Shown here: positions 1 to 11,246 of the stretch, piece after piece
Numbering within the stretch: the first letter of the stretch is position 1
Layout: each line of letters opens with the position of its first letter
Assembly (NCBI GenBank): GCA_001179505.1
Contig: CDMY01000299.1
Coordinates: 66,319-130,318, forward strand
Reading direction: 5' to 3'
DNA length: 64,000 bases
DNA from: Vitrella brassicaformis CCMP3155
Taxonomy: Eukaryota; Protista; Chromerida
Position numbers and translations under genes: made by a program
The notes under the pieces: model-generated
The model's database searches: none
Told to the model about the DNA's origin: nothing
The model's input: the letters and a program-made list of their open reading frames with translations, nothing else

Positions 1-312
1 GAATCAGGAATCCGGACATAGGAATCGACCCGTGACCCCCCTGTAGAGGGCGAAGTAGCCATCACACGCCGAAACCGACTTCAGCACGTGAAAGAGCGCC
101 TTCGATTTGCTTAGGGGCCGGTCGATCAGCCCCTGAAACTCAGTAGTTGTCGAGATATGAATCCGTACCGGTCGGAATCATGGTGCCCGATTCCTCTATG
201 GCCATTCCTTGCCCAGACGGGCATTTCGATTCCTATGGAATCGTCTGATTCGTGTGTGATATTGTTGATTCTTGGGTGCAATGTTCCGATTCCAAAGAGA
301 CCGACATGATTC
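1..312. repeat. GAATC/GATTC motif cluster 1 with orientation switch and internal hairpin
   Basis: GAATC at 1, 8, 22, 159, 175, 238; GATTC at 189, 228, 247, 267, 288, 308; perfect hairpin CGATTCC-TAT-GGAATCG at 227-243. Confidence 0.7.
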
Positions 313-339
313 CATGCGTGTGTCCGACACTCTGGGCAT

Positions 340-492
340 CAGCGACCGACCGACAGACCGACAGACACTCGGACCGACCGACCGACCGACCGACCGACCG
401 ACAGGCAGACAGGCAGACAGGCAGACAGCCAGACAGGCAGACAGGCAGACAGCCAGACAGGCAGACAGGCAGACAGCCAGACAGCCAGACAT
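340..492. repeat. (GACC)n/(GACA-GGCA)n microsatellite
   Basis: Visible tandem tetranucleotide runs; they generate the spurious repetitive ORFs 196-609, 252-494 and 272-508. Confidence 0.9.
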
Positions 493-1659
493 AGTCAGGT
501 ATACGTGATTGTCTCTCTCTCCATGAGACTCAGAGAGTCTTTCGACATAAGAAAACGCCGCGTGTCTCTCCAAACAAGCCGCCAAACTCCCACCCCATGA
601 TCCCCCCAACTACCGGCCTTCTGCAGAGATATCAACAACTGCCCTCCCGAGAGAATGCCAGAGAAGAGGAAGGAAAACGGAAACAAGAGAGACAGGGAAG
701 GTGTGTTCGATCAGCCGCATCTAATCTTCCTCCATGTTGCAGGGTGCCTGAAATGACACACCAATCATTGAGTGCATGCATGTGAGTGAGAGAGTGGTCC
801 CCTGTGTACACGCTGCAATGGTGTATCGCTGCGCTGATGAAGGGAGGGAAGATCCGTCTCCATGCTTTCGTTCATCAGCGCATGCTACTCTCTCGCATGT
901 GTTTGTGTTGTGTTTGCTTTGCTTTTGCCATCTTGTGCATGTGTTGTGACGTGTGTTGCCTTGTGTTGTGTCCCGCGATGAGTTGGGGGGCCAGTTTCCG
1001 TAAAACAGACTCTAGCGGCCGGGGGAGACAAAACGGCTCGGAGGGGGCGAGCCACAGCGACAGAACGCCGGAGCGAGCTCTTCTTTTGCCATTGCGCCTC
1101 CCCTTATTCTGACTGGCGGACTTCTGTGTTGTTTCGTTTCTTTGTTTGCGGCTTGAATAAGCATTGGGCAGTCCTTCCCAGCATCCCTGTGTGTGTGCGG
1201 ACATCCATCTTGATTGATTCTGCACCTCAGACCCACACTCGACAAGACGTCTGATATCCCTCACTTCACATCACATCACATCCTCCACAGCATTCTCCAC
1301 TAAGACCCGCTCGCTGAGAGAGAGTCAACAGATACGAAGCAGCGCGAGCACCGCAACATTCCTGTTACCCCTCTTTCACGAGCGCTGAGCTCCATCCAAC
1401 GCCCACCCTCAGAGGTCACATACTCCCGACGGCTGCCTGGATGTTAGGCCTCCTGGACGGTATACCAAATGCTCTAGGGTCCCCTCCCCCGCTCTCCGTA
1501 GCGGCCAGGCCATTTGGGACCCCAGGCGGGTTGAAACGGCCGAGCTAGAATGACGGCCAACCTGAGATCCGCCACCAATAGACTATATAGCCGAGTTACT
1601 CTCCTGAGCACCCGGTGGCCCTCGTCATTGTCATGTGACCTCTTTCACGCTACCCTGTA

Positions 1660-1871
1660 GCATCCATGAGGGGGAGGGAGGGGAGGGCAACGGCATGGAC
1701 ATAGATGATGGTGAGATGCCTGAGATCGAGTTGCAGAGAGGTGCAGGTGTCAAGCGGGGAAGGGGTCGCGGCAGAGGGCGTGGCAGAGGGCGTGGCAGAG
1801 TGGCAGAGGGCGTGGCAGAGGGCGTGGCAGAGGGCGTGGCCGAGGGCGAGGGGGACAGACACAGCGGATGA
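1660..1871 (+). other. Exon-like low-complexity segment (acidic + RG repeats + VAEG repeats) containing a 12-bp tandem repeat; gene not identified
   Basis: Acceptor-like CTGTAG at about 1655-1660, then IHEGEGGEGNGMDIDDGEMPEIEL..RGRGRGRG..VAEGVAEG; GGCAGAGGGCGT tandem units at about 1769-1850. Confidence 0.3.
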
Positions 1872-2133
1872 TTAGCGATGATGAATACGAGCTGCCGCGG
1901 GGGAGGGGGGTGAAGAGAAAAGGGGGCGAGTGACATTATGTGAATAGATGATTGAGGAGACACCAGAGACATGTGTGTGAATAGTGCGTTGGATTATACA
2001 TGTGTGGACAGGGAGGGAATGTGCGGAGATGTGTGAGATGGTTGACAGTTTGCTTGCACATGTCAATGTTCCATTGCAATGTCTGTTATCGTGTCCAGCA
2101 CTTGGAGGAAGGAAACAAAGGTCATTGGCAGAC

Positions 2134-2302
2134 GAATCAGGCAGTACTGCAGCAGGAATCAAGCTATACATACACGAATCAGCACGAATCAGCAGTCTTG
2201 CAGCGGAATCAACGGAATCACGGAATCTGCTCTGAGGCCTATTTCGATTCCTTCGGATTCCGACTGGTACGGTAACGATTCCTTAGTCAGCCCATACGAT
2301 TC
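2134..2302. repeat. GAATC/GATTC motif cluster 2 with orientation switch
   Basis: GAATC at 2134, 2156, 2176, 2186, 2206, 2215, 2223, then GATTC at 2246, 2256, 2277, 2298. Confidence 0.75.
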
Positions 2303-3091
2303 CAAGATCGAGTGGTGACCCGTAGGAGTGGATGTGGGGGTGGGCGGAAGTCATTGCAGTTCTCGTTGATGGTTTCTCGTGCTGACCGACCAGTTAGCAC
2401 GGCGACACGTCGACTGAGGCAGTGTGAAGACGGAAAGACCCTCCCAGCACACGCGTACCGAGATATGGACAACAGCATGTCAGTGTGGGTGTGTGTACAG
2501 CTTCATCAGACTTGAGTGGATGTGTGTGCGGGCGGGTGGACGTCATCGCATAACTCAGTACACATACGCAAGCTTCACGAAGCATCGTCTGTCATTCGAC
2601 GCAGATGTGTCCTGTGAGACAGAGAGACTGCGATCAGAGAGAAGGCACCACCGACTCTGTCCACCGGCTGGCCCACGTGCAGACAGACCAACAGCTATAC
2701 ACCCACAGACCAGCACGACACTCACTTATCCATCTGACTTAGTCTTGTTCGTCACTCTCTGTACACGAGCAGCCCCCTCCTCACTTCATCACCAAAACGA
2801 CTGTGTCCATCAAGACTCTCACTCTCGCTCTCACACCCGCCCCAATGTTGGAGAAGCGATGCACAGCGCAAAACAATGTGTCTTGAGGTGGTCGTGATTC
2901 GTCAAGCGGCAGCAGGTCAGACAAGAGGGGAGAGACGACCTCGATCCCTCCCCATTCGCGTCACCCACGCCTACTACACGAATCAACGGCCACAACACGA
3001 CACAAACATCTTCGAGAGAAACAACCAGCAGCGACAGCAGCAGAAAGTGAGAACAGGCTCCTGCCCCACGCCTGACTGCCCTTCCATTGTC

Positions 3092-4026
3092 TCATGCACT
3101 CTCCTCCGCCGCTTCCTCTTCAGCCATGCCGCTGCCACACCCAACGTGCCACATCGTCTTCACACAGAACGCCTCAGCCCTCGTCCAGTGCCACAGGGTG
3201 CCGGCAACGCATCCGCTGATGCACTTGGCGAGGTTGGTGTACACCCGGCCGATACCGAGGGCAGCATTGCCAAGCAGCAGGAAGGTCAGCGCCCACGCCC
3301 GATGCCGGTCCCAAAAATGATAGAAGACCGTCAGACACAAGACGCCGAACAAGATGAAATGCGCCTCCCGACGCCAGCCAAGATGCTGGAGATACGCAAT
3401 ACACACAGACAGGCAACGTGGTGGCATCAGAGACGCATGTGTCCTTCTCTTCACCCGTCCGCCGCCCATTTGGTTCTGATCTTCCGCCTCAGTCTCCATC
3501 TCCTGGTCATGGCCCTCGCGCCGCATGGCCGTCACAAAGCGGTCCCGCCTGTCAGGAATGATGCCGCCCGTTGAGCCGTCGATGTGGAAGGCGACAAGGG
3601 TGGCCGCCATCGTCCCACTAATGCGATAGACGTCAGGTCGCTCGTCAGCCGCGAGTTCCCCGGCAGTTACCTTCTGCAATGCGCTCTCCAGCTTGACGTA
3701 GATCTGGCCCATGGTGGGCTGATGCACAAGGCACCGAAAAGACCTGGAGCAATGCAACCACGGGCACACACAGATAACACACAGACGAAGTGCGTGAGTG
3801 TGATGATTGGCTTCGTTCTCACCTTCAGTCGTTGTCAGCTGACGTGTGAGTTCCAAGAGTGTGCATCGTCGAGAGAGTGCGGCGCATCAGGCTGTGAAGC
3901 GTTGCGTGATCTTCCCTTGACGACATCGAGCACGCAACGCAAAAAGGGACCAAACGTGTCAGATGGGGCACGCTTACGGGAAAAAAAGGTCTTAATTCCT
4001 TGGAGTGGCGACCTCATTGGTTTCAT
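3092..4026 (-). CDS. Multi-exon hypothetical membrane protein (about 3-4 C-terminal TM helices); 5' exons uncertain
   Basis: ORF 3092-3856 has a soluble part (MGQIYVKLESALQ..), a phase-0 intron (GTGAAG..CTCCAG), then hydrophobic segments AHFILFGVLCLTVFYHFW, AWALTFLLLGNAALGIG, CISGCVAGTLWHW; head-to-head with the RluA gene. Confidence 0.55.
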
Positions 4027-4228
4027 CTGTGTCCGTAGAGTCGTCGCTCACCCGTGATTTTATCGTAAGCTACGGCGGATGCAGATCTTCAACTGACGAG
4101 AGCATCGACGTGCTGATCTGAGGCTCCTGGGGCGCTTTGCTTTGCTCCTCACCCACACCTGTCATCTGACGACGCGCTTTTCTTTATCGAATCAAGTTGA
4201 GTCCGCTGGCGCTGGAATCCCGCCCGGC

Positions 4229-7200
4229 AATGGATGCGTCGGTTGCGGACAACGGCAAGGGCGAGGCGGCGGCCGGCGAGGGAGCCGTCATGAATGGCGT
4301 GGAGGAGGGAAACAAAGACCACCAGACGGCGAAAGGTGGGAAGACCGATGCACCCACACACGAGATGTCGTCATGTGATCGGTGTTGCTCGTCAGGTTCG
4401 CCAGCGGCCGACTCGACCTCTCCCCAGACCGACAAGAGCGCCTCGCGCCCCCTCCCCGCTCAGGAGCAGCCGCAACCAACACCCAAAGCCACCGACCAAG
4501 ACGCCACGATGGAAGACGCCAGTGCTCATCCAAACAACAGCAGCAAGGACGCCCCATCGGAGTCTCCCTTCCCCTCACTCAGCGGCGCAGCACTCGACCT
4601 GCAGGCGGACAAAGACAAGGACGCAGACAAAGGGAAAGAGGCAGACAAGACAGACAAGTCCGTAGCCTCCCCGTCAGGTGCCTCAGTGCGGCCGAGCAAG
4701 ACCAACAGCGGTCTGCCCAACTGGGGCGAGGGGCTGGAGGAGGCGTCGGCCGTCATCGGGTGTGCGTACGACGAGCACCGGTGGATTCGGGAGAGGTTCG
4801 CCTGTGCGGCCGACATGATGTTTGGGAGTGACGAGGGCGGCTACTGGTTCGCCAACGCCATGCACAGCTTGTGCAGCTGGATACAGGAGCTGCCCAAATG
4901 GTCGGTGGGGTGGGCCGGTGGGCACGTGGAGGGAGGGAGGGAGGGAGGGAGGGCGCAGGGGAGAGATGTGTTTGCCTGGATGCACTTGTTGTCCTTTCTG
5001 TCTGCCGCCATGTCAGGCCGGCCATCCGCTCGTTTCGGCTCAAGCACGCGCTGGTGAAGCTGCAGCAGGCCACGAGTGCGCCCTTCCTGCGGTCGTGCAT
5101 CATCTTCTCGCCCCCCGTGTCCATCTCCATCTGCGGCGCCCAGGTGCTCCCCCACACCCTCACCCTCTTTCAGCACCTGACGGCCCCCACCGACCAGCCC
5201 TCCGAGGGGATACTGGTGGGCCGATCATTTGTCGACATGCTGCGCGAGTTCGAGCAGCGGGGGCTGAAGAACGGCAACGCGCTGAATCTCGAGTACACGG
5301 ACAGCAATGGGGGCGTGCTGAGGCCGCGTGAGGTGTATTCGCTGAAGAAGAGCGACGTGCCTGAGGTCAAGGAGGAGCCGGGGCTCATGTACGAGAACAA
5401 ACACTTCTTCGTGCTCTACAAGCCGCCCTTCTACAAGTGCGACACCAAGAGGATCTACACGGGGTAAGAGGAGAGGAGAGGAGCGGATCGAGCTCAAAAG
5501 AGAGAGATGGGATGGGCGAGGGGAGGGACCAAAGGCGTCGTGGAATGTGCATCTATTCTTCTGCCTGTATGTGTGTGTATGCAGGCAAGCTGAGCGGTCC
5601 ACAGCTGAGATCCTTATCAGCCGTGAGGTCGAGCCCTTCCAGGTAAACACACACACAGATACACAGACAGACAGACAGACAGGCAAGCCGGTCTCTATGT
5701 GTGTGCACGTCATGTGTGCAGGTGTATGTGTCGCTGACGTGGAACCACCCGTTGAGCAAGAATGTCGAGGAGGACTACGGCCTGTGTCACCGGCTCGACA
5801 AGGAGACCTCGGGGCCCGTACTCATCGCCAAGTACAAGGGGGCGCTGGAGGCTCTCAAGTCGCAAATCAGACGACACGAAGTCACCAAGGTGAGTGACCG
5901 AGATACCTTAAGAGAGGCGTGTGTGAGAGGGGGATGAGAATGTATGCTGATCTGTGTGTGTCACCCTTCCCTGTCTGCAGGAGTATTTGTGTTTGGTCCA
6001 TGGTGCGATGTCGCCCGGCACGGGACACATCGAAGCGCCCATACGGAACTTCAAAATCGGTAGACACAGACAGACAGATAGACGGCAGACAGGCATTTGT
6101 GACCGGCCTCGACCGTATCTCTCCTCTGTGTGTGTGTGCGTGTGTCAGGTCAGCGTAAGGGCCAGTCGCTGGTGCTTTGGGGGGAGGATGCCCTCCCCTC
6201 CTACACCATGTACACCGTTCTCGGACACTACCGAATGTACGCACGCATCGCATCGCATACCAGACACATACCAACACCCACACCCACACACACCACACCA
6301 TCCCTCCCTCCGTGTGTCGGTGTCCCAGGAAGCGGTCGGACCGTCCATCCAACACGCCGACACCGACCGCAGGCCGCAACACCCCTACACCCACACCAGG
6401 GCCCCGCAGGGTGCTGCAGATGGACCGGGAGATGGCGGCGGCTGGTGGTGGTGGTGGTGGTGCGTTGGAGGGGCATGACGACCGGTACACCCTCCTCAAG
6501 TGTCAGATCATCACGGGGCGGACGCACCAGATTCGCGTGCACATGCTCTACGCGGGGCACCCACTTGTGGCTGGTCAGCAGGCAGGGAAGGAGGGAGGGA
6601 GGGAGGGATCTTTGTCACATGTGTGTTGTCTTGTGTTGCTGTGATGGTACATTTGCAGACCCGAATTATTTGTCGGATGAGCAGTTGCGTCGCGACCGCA
6701 AGTGGTGCCGCAGGAACTTCCTCCACGAGTTCCACCTCGGATGGCGGTAAGCAAACCAAACCAAACCACAGACACACCACACCCACGCACAAGCATCCGT
6801 GTCCGTGTCTTGCGCCTCTCAGCGATCCCATCAATGCGCGTAAGTTTGCCGTCAAGTGCGAGCTGCCCCCCGACCTCAAGCAGGCCCTCTCCTACCTGGA
6901 GGAGGACCTCAGCCCACCGCCGCCCAGCCACATGTCGTACATCCCACCGCAGCCACAGCCATCGCCCTCACCCATCACCCAGGAGGAGAGCAAGCCGGCG
7001 GCAATAGACGAGCAGGAGGACAGCGTCATGGTCGATGGAGAGAGGAAGGAGGAGGACCAGAATCAGTCACCTGTGGACAAGGACGGCAAACAAGATGGAG
7101 GACAGGGGGAGGGTGACGGGGCACGAGTAGAGGATGTCGAGATGGCGCCCGCATCAGCGGCAGCCGATGACAATGGAGCGGACAGCAAGGACGAGGCGGC

Positions 7201-9019
7201 CGAGGAGCCTAAGAAGAGTGACGAGAAATCGGCGGAAGGGGAACGTGACAGGCCCGCCCTCCCCACTCCAGCAGCAGCAGCGGCACCAGTGGTCCCGCCC
7301 GAGTGGTCCTCATATCCCTTCTACGACATCTGCCGCAGCCACGGCCCCCTTACCGAGATGCAGGCCCTGGCCGCATCCGTAGACGCAGAGATCGAGGTGG
7401 AGCTCAAGAAGGAGAGAGAGCGGCTCGACGAGGAGAGGCAGCGGCGGGACAAGGAGCGATCCGTCAAGATGGAGAGGGAGCGGGTCAAGCGGGAGAAAGA
7501 CGCGGCGGACAAGGACAAGAAGGACAAGACACCAGTACCACCCAAGCGGGGCGACTCCCCATCCAAGATGACGAGCGCGAGCAGGAGAAAGAAGAAGCTG
7601 GGGGATCTGGCGGCCAGGGGCGGCAGGTCCGAGGGCTCGCCGGAGGGGGAGAGGGGTGGAGAGGAGGATGCTGACGGTCGTGGCAGGAAGCGCCAGCGAA
7701 GTGCGCCGCGGTCCGCCAAGGACAGTGAGGAGATCACACCCAGCAATCGGAGAAAGGCCAACGGCATCAAAGACGTGAGCATAGCATTGAGGGGGGNNNN
7801 NNNNNNNNNNNNNNNNNNNNNNNNNNNNNNNNNNNNNNNNNNNNNNNNNNNNNNNNNNNNNNNNNNNNNNNNNNNNNNNNNNNNNNNNNNNNNNNNNNNN
7901 NNNNNNNNNNNNNNNNNNNNNNNNNNNNNNNNNNNNNNNNNNNNNNNNNNNNNNNNNNNNNNNNNNNNNNNNNNNNNNNNNNNNNNNNNNNNNNNNNNNN
8001 NNNNNNNNNNNNNNNNNNNNNNNNNNNNNNNNNNNNNNNNNNNNNNNNNNNNNNNNNNNNNNNNNNNNNNNNNNNNNNNNNNNNNNNNNNNNNNNNATTG
8101 GGGGGGGGGGGGGGCCAGACACAGGGACACGCACTCATGTCCGCATCTATCGTCCTGTATGTTTCTTGTCCTTCGTTGGTTGGTTCAGATGGATGTGTCC
8201 CCGACGCACAAGGAGATCTACCAGCGGCTCTTGTCATCCGATGGTGGGTCTCCCGGCAGCTCCTCCCGCGCCAATCCCAATCCCCTCCCCATCCCCTCTC
8301 GCCGCCCGCAGAGGGACGTCGAGCCTATCACACCCCCAGGCACACCACCAGACAAGGACAAGAAGGAGCCGGCCGACAACAAAGACCAGAACAACGATGC
8401 CAAGAGGCGCCGCACTGATGGCGATGGCGTTGGCGAAAAGGGTGACAAGAAGGGTGATGAGGCCAAGGACAACAAGATGAAGGAGGAGAAGGAGAAGCAG
8501 GGTGCATCGCCGAAGGGCAGCACTCCTGTGGCCGGCGGGCAAGGCTCGCCCAGGTCGGCGAATGTGATGCCGTTGCCCATGGTCAAGACGGAGAGGCTGC
8601 CTGACGGTCCTCTGGAGCCGGCGCCGCCCCAGTCGCCGCACGCCAACCCCTTCAAAGTGCCGTCGGTGCCTCCCCCGCACCCCCCTCCCCCACACGCACC
8701 CACCACCCCTCAGCGACGGACGAGCGGCATCGTACTGAAGCCAAACCCTCACACGCAGAGGCAGATGGCCATGCAGCAGCACCACCACCAGCAGCAGCAG
8801 CAGCAGCAGAGGGGGCGGGGCGGCCACATCACTCTGTCGCCCAACCCGCACGTTCTGATGAGGGGTGCGGTTCATCCGCAGAACGGCCCTGGGCTGCCGA
8901 TGGGTCCCCACGGGCATGGCCGTGGTGCGGGGTCGCCGATGGGCCGGGGCGGCAGGGGCCGAGGGCATTACTCGCCAGCCAGTGGGCCTTATGGGATGCG
9001 GCAGCATCCGGGGTGCTGA
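4229..9019 (+). CDS. RluA/RluD-family RNA pseudouridine synthase with long N-terminal extension and long charged/Pro-Gln-RG-rich C-terminal tail
   Basis: Spliced exons give ENKHFFVLYKPP, CHRLDKETSG (catalytic Asp motif), EYLCLVHG, QIITGRTHQIRVHM..GHPL and RNFLH; intron phases checked for the first several junctions. Confidence 0.9.
7797..8096. other. Assembly gap (300 N) flanked by poly-G, inside an intron of the RluA-like gene
   Basis: Run of N; donor GTGAGC at about 7774 and acceptor TTCAG at about 8188 bracket it. Confidence 0.9.
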
Positions 9020-9344
9020 CTCTGAGACTCAGAGATAGGTAGATGGCCTAGGGGAAGCTGTGAGGGAGTGAGGGAGGGAAGGATGAGTGGTTCGTGTTTT
9101 AATGGATGGATGGATGGATGGTGTGTGGGGTTGGCTGTTGCCTGATGGATGGATGGATTTGGTTGATGATCGATCCTTTGAGTGAGTGAGTGACGTGACT
9201 CGTTTATTGATTGATCAATGTGGTCTGTGCATGTTGCAAAGAAAGAAACCGGTCCATAGAGTACAAATGCCAGGTCACACACTTCGTTAGCAGACACCGA
9301 CCCACACACATCGTCTCACATCGTTCCCAGCACCATCCGTCACA

Positions 9345-11039
9345 TCACCCCTTAGTATACGACGGCGCCCCGCCCCACCCACTGCTCTCGCGATAGTCCT
9401 GGTACCGCTGGGGCTCGCCCTCAAACCGGCCGAACTCCGCCCGCATGCTGAGCGGATGAAACCAACACACACGGCAGGGCAGGATGTGAGAAGACAGGAT
9501 GCTGCATATGTGCGTTTGGCACTTACGCAGGATCGCTGCGGCTGTACTTGGGCAGCAAGACCTGACAATACACACACACATAGCAACAATCCCATACACA
9601 CGCTGGCGCTCTCTCTGTGTGTGGGTGGTGTGACCTTGTCGACGACGCCGTAGAGTTTGGCCTCGTTTGCCGTCAGGTAAAAGTCACGCTGCAACACACA
9701 CACCCATACCCACAATCGTCACGGTCTCTCAATCACATGAAGGCCATCTCCTGTGTGTGACCTCGAAGTCCTTCTTGATCTTGGTCAGCGACTGTCCGGT
9801 GTGCTGTGCCAGCTTGGCCAGCATCTACACATCCATCCATCCACATATTGCACTGGGACATTGCTCCTCCCTTTCTCCGCCCTCCCTGTCTGTGTCTGTG
9901 TGTCGTTTACCCGTTCGTTATCCTTATAGTTTTCGGCCACGTCGATGGCGAGGTCGGTGGCCTGCCCCCGCATGCCCTCCTCCATGCCCGTCTTCTGCAT
10001 CAAGAAACGCGCGTTGGGCAGACAGAATCGCTGGCCCTGCACACAAACACCCACACACACACACACAGCAACAAGTCGCTCGGATAAGTGCGCATCGGAG
10101 GCTTGATTTGGTTGCATGCGTATCTACCGGTGTCCCCGCGGCGCAGAGGAAGGCACCCATCCCGGTGGCCAGACCTGGCACAGAGGGAGAATCCGACAGG
10201 CAGGGTTCTCAGACGAGCTTGTGTATGCGTGTGATCTCTCTCTCTCTCTGTCCTACCAAGGTTGAGTGTGCTGATGGGGCACTCGACGCCTATCATGGCG
10301 TCGTAAATGGCCAATGACGGCTTCATCAGTGCGCCCTGATAGACAGACACCATACACAAAACAAGCGCACACAAACATAGTGATTGCACGTCAGGAGAGT
10401 CGCATGAGCGTTGGCTGGCTAAGAAGTGCTCCCTCCCTCCCTCCCTCCCTCCCTCACCGGCACGTTCATGTAGAGACTGATTGGCCGCGTGGAGTCCTCA
10501 GACCTCAGGTAAAGCAATGTGGCGATGATCTGCACACATACGCAACGCATCAATTGCTTGACGCACTGCAGTTATCCCTCTCATTTCCACGCACACAGAC
10601 ACCCACCTGATTCGCGGCCTCCTCGTCTAGGAATCTTCCGACAAAGATTACCCGGTCGCGCAGCAGCCGCGTGTTGAGATCCACCCACGTATAAAAGTCA
10701 GATCCAGGCGGTTTGTAAGGCACCTGAACACAACACATCCAGAAGAGTCGTGTTGCTGATCTCTCGATGATTGCGCACCTGTGGCGTTGTGCTGGGCATC
10801 ATCACAGGCGTCCTCCTCGCTCCCATCTGTGTCCTCCCTCGCCGCCTTCTCATTGACTCGCGCAATGAAGAGCCGCCCAGCGACCTGAAAGCTGCCTCTG
10901 ATCCCCTTGATCTTGCCCATGGAGCGTCTGTGGTGCTTGCCAATGAGCTGACAGCACTGCACAGGCAGAGGCAAGCGAGAAATCTGCGGGATAGATGGGA
11001 TGAGGTCGGTCGGGAGGAAGATGCAGGTGACGGCTCCAT
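9345..11039 (-). CDS. clpR: Clp protease non-catalytic subunit (ClpR-like) with bipartite plastid-targeting leader; multi-exon
   Basis: Exons encode VPYKPPGSDFYTWVDLNTRLLRDRVIFVG, LYMNVPG, GLATGMGAFL (Gly at the catalytic Ser site), NARFLMQK (Gln at the catalytic His site), RDFYLTANEAKLYG; N-terminus has a hydrophobic stretch followed by an S/R-rich transit-like peptide. Confidence 0.85.
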
Positions 11040-11246
11040 AGCGGACGATGAAGGGCGTGGTACTAAGCACATGGCAGCGCCAAACGGGCCCAGATCAGCT
11101 GACCTCTTTTTTCAAGCTCGCCAGAGGCTAAGCTCGCAGACGTCGAGAGGCAAGAAGCAGCCGTAGCACTTGTGCAGCCGTGCAACAACACACACTGCCT
11201 GTCCAGTCACACCGCAGCATGGATCTTTGCTGAATGAGTGAAGATC

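Noticed and set aside
196-609. ORFs with CLSA/DRQT repeats
   Set aside because: Translations of a tetranucleotide microsatellite
3092-3400. CREST-family (YH..D, WH) or PAP2 (RVY..AG) identity for the membrane protein
   Set aside because: Key His/Ser/Asp residues and TM count do not fit either family
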